A DNA stretch of 64,000 nt, from contig CAVQFQ010000010.1 of assembly GCA_963711835.1 (NCBI GenBank), positions 1 through 64,000 on the forward strand, written 5' to 3'. Below, one piece after another: positions 62,139 through 64,000 of this stretch. This DNA comes from an uncultured delta proteobacterium. GTDB lineage: Bacteria > Desulfobacterota > RBG-13-43-22. The notes under the pieces were generated by a model that was given only the letters and a program-made list of their open reading frames with translations, did not search any database and was not told where the DNA came from. Positions within the stretch are counted from its first letter, which is position 1; the number at the start of each line of letters is the position of its first letter. The position numbers were made by a program, and so were the translations under genes.

Positions 62139-63815
62139 ATGGCCCCGATCATTTCAATCGAGGATTGGACTTTTTGCTACAAAGGAAAAGCAAGCCCGGC
62201 CCTCACGAACATCCGGGCCTCGGTTGAGGAAGGGTCTTTGACCTGCATCCTGGGTTCGGAAGGGGCCGGCAAGTCATCCTTATGCTACAGCCTGAATGGA
62301 TTGATCCCCCGATTTTTTCAAGGGACCTACCAGGGAAAGGTTCTTATTAAAGGCCGGGAGGCCGCCCGGCAAAAGGTTGCCGCTCTTTCGCATCAGGTCG
62401 GATTGGTGCTTCAGGATTTTGAGGCCCAGCTTTTTTCCACCAATGTGGAGTTGGAAATGGCTTTCGGCCCGGAGAACCTTGCCCTGCCTCGCCCGGAAAT
62501 CGAAAAACGGCTCCAGCGTTATCTGCCTAAAATCGGTCTGGAGAAATTAAGGCGCCGCGAACCGGCCTCCCTTTCCGGGGGACAAAAACAACGCCTGGCC
62601 ATTGGTTCCCTTTTGACCCTGGAACCCCCTATCCTGGTCATGGATGAGCCGACCACCGATCTCGATCCCCTGGGTGCGGAGGAGGTGTTGGCCGTTGTCC
62701 GGACACTCCGCCAAAAGGGGCATACCCTCCTCATGGTCCTTCCCGAGCCGGAATTGGCCGTGGAGGCCGATCAGGTCTGGTTGATGAGCGGCGGGCAGGT
62801 GCGGACCCAGGGCCCTCCAAAAAGAATCCTAAGGGATCTTCCGGCCCTGGCCGCCTGCGGAATCAAGCCCCCCGCACTGACCGAACTTTTCCGGGCCCTG
62901 GATTGGCCCGGCGATCCGCTTTTGCTGCCCGAGGCCATGACCCTCATTGACCGACATCAACTGGCCCGGCCCCAGAAAAACCCATCTCACCCTGAAACGA
63001 TTTTTCCCAAAAGAGGTCCCGGTCTTATCCAGGCCGAAGGTCTGGAATATGTTTATCCTCTTTATAACCAAAAGGCCTTGAAAGGCATTGACCTGACTAT
63101 TGCCGAAGGGGAATTTGTGGCCATTCTGGGACAGAACGGTTCGGGGAAATCCACCCTGGCCAAACATTTTAACGGCCTTTTAAAACCTACGGCCGGCCGC
63201 CTCCTGATAGAGGGCCGGCCTTCTACGGCCTACAGTCCAAAAAATTTGGCCGAAAAAGTGGGCTATATCTTTCAGAATCCGGACCACCAGATCTTCTGCC
63301 GGACGGTAGAGGAGGAAGTGGGCTTCGGGCCCAAAGTCCTGGGAACAGATCCGGCCTCCATCCGGAAGCGCGTGGCTGAGGCCCTTGAAACCGTGGGCTT
63401 GCAGGGATATGAAAAACAGATGCCCTTTACTTTGACCAAGGGAGAGAGACAGCGCATAGCCGTGGCCTCGGTCCTGGCCGTCCGCCCTCAGGTGATCATC
63501 CTGGACGAGCCGACCACCGGCCTTGATTTTAATCACCAGCGCAGTATCATGGATTTATTTAAAGGCCTGAACCAAAAAGGGCACACCATCATTCTTATCA
63601 CCCATTCCATGTGGGTGGCGGCCGAGTATGCCCGGCGGACTGTTATCTTAAAAGAGGGGGCCGTTTTATTGGACGGCTTGACTCGCCGGGTCTTTGCTGA
63701 AGAATCCCTTCTGGCCCAAACCGCCTTGAAGCCCCCGCCCCTGGTCCAATTAAGCAACCGCCTGGGCACCCAAGCCCTTACCCTGACAGAAATGGTTCAG
63801 GAACTGCGATCATGA
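62139..63815 (+). CDS. ECF transporter fused double ATPase (EcfA-A')
   Basis: Two ABC domains (GAGKS/LSGGQ/DEP and GSGKST/FQNPD/DEP). Confidence 0.92.
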   Translation: MAPIISIEDWTFCYKGKASPALTNIRASVEEGSLTCILGSEGAGKSSLCYSLNGLIPRFFQGTYQGKVLIKGREAARQKVAALSHQVGLVLQDFEAQLFSTNVELEMAFGPENLALPRPEIEKRLQRYLPKIGLEKLRRREPASLSGGQKQRLAIGSLLTLEPPILVMDEPTTDLDPLGAEEVLAVVRTLRQKGHTLLMVLPEPELAVEADQVWLMSGGQVRTQGPPKRILRDLPALAACGIKPPALTELFRALDWPGDPLLLPEAMTLIDRHQLARPQKNPSHPETIFPKRGPGLIQAEGLEYVYPLYNQKALKGIDLTIAEGEFVAILGQNGSGKSTLAKHFNGLLKPTAGRLLIEGRPSTAYSPKNLAEKVGYIFQNPDHQIFCRTVEEEVGFGPKVLGTDPASIRKRVAEALETVGLQGYEKQMPFTLTKGERQRIAVASVLAVRPQVIILDEPTTGLDFNHQRSIMDLFKGLNQKGHTIILITHSMWVAAEYARRTVILKEGAVLLDGLTRRVFAEESLLAQTALKPPPLVQLSNRLGTQALTLTEMVQELRS

Positions 63816-64000
63816 CCCTCTTTCTTTATCTGGATCATGAAACCTTCATCCATCGTCTGGATCCAAGGACCAAGCTGATTTCGGCCTTTCTGCTTTGGGT
63901 CCTCTGCTTGACCTTTAATCACCCTCTTTACCTGGCCGCCATAAGCAGCGGCGTATTGTTATTGGCGGTCCGATCCAAATCCCTATCCAATTTCTGGAAA
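63812..64000 (+). CDS. ecfT: ECF transporter transmembrane component T (partial)
   Basis: MTLFLYLDHETFIHRLDPRTKL (LDPRTK motif). ATGA overlap with the ATPase gene. Confidence 0.85.
   Translation, partial: MTLFLYLDHETFIHRLDPRTKLISAFLLWVLCLTFNHPLYLAAISSGVLLLAVRSKSLSNFWK

Overview
A 64-kb bacterial chromosome segment. It is most likely from an anaerobic Desulfobacterota (deltaproteobacterial) genome, inferred from the split ATP synthase operon (atpF'FHAGDC without atpB/E), the DsrMK-like/TusA/DsrE genes and the sigma54 regulation. Metabolic content includes a Liv-type ABC transporter, acyl-CoA genes, an unusual single-chain UroD-MT/pterin-binding/B12 methyltransferase next to a radical SAM gene, an AmmeMemoRadiSam trio with apparent export signals, a MarR-led sulfur-relay/DsrMK-like cluster, a glycyl-radical enzyme with its activase, and an ECF transporter. 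An accessory patch at about 38.8-48.2 kb holds toxin-antitoxin pairs, an approximately 1,460-aa HNH-NACHT (NLR-like) putative defence gene, two attC-like sites without an integrase, and truncated gene fragments whose breakpoints coincide with short GGGG...CCCC inverted sites. Similar ends flank a Y1/RAYT transposase at 57.8-58.9 kb. The most striking non-coding signal is a family of four dispersed elements of about 200 bp (at 3.2, 7.1, 16.7 and 53.5/55.9 kb). Their approximately 33-bp closing stem changes sequence between copies but stays complementary, and one copy is split by a 2.17-kb IS inserted into a small hairpin loop. Many genes carry single-base insertions that look like sequencing or assembly errors. 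All alignments were done by eye and no database searches were run.
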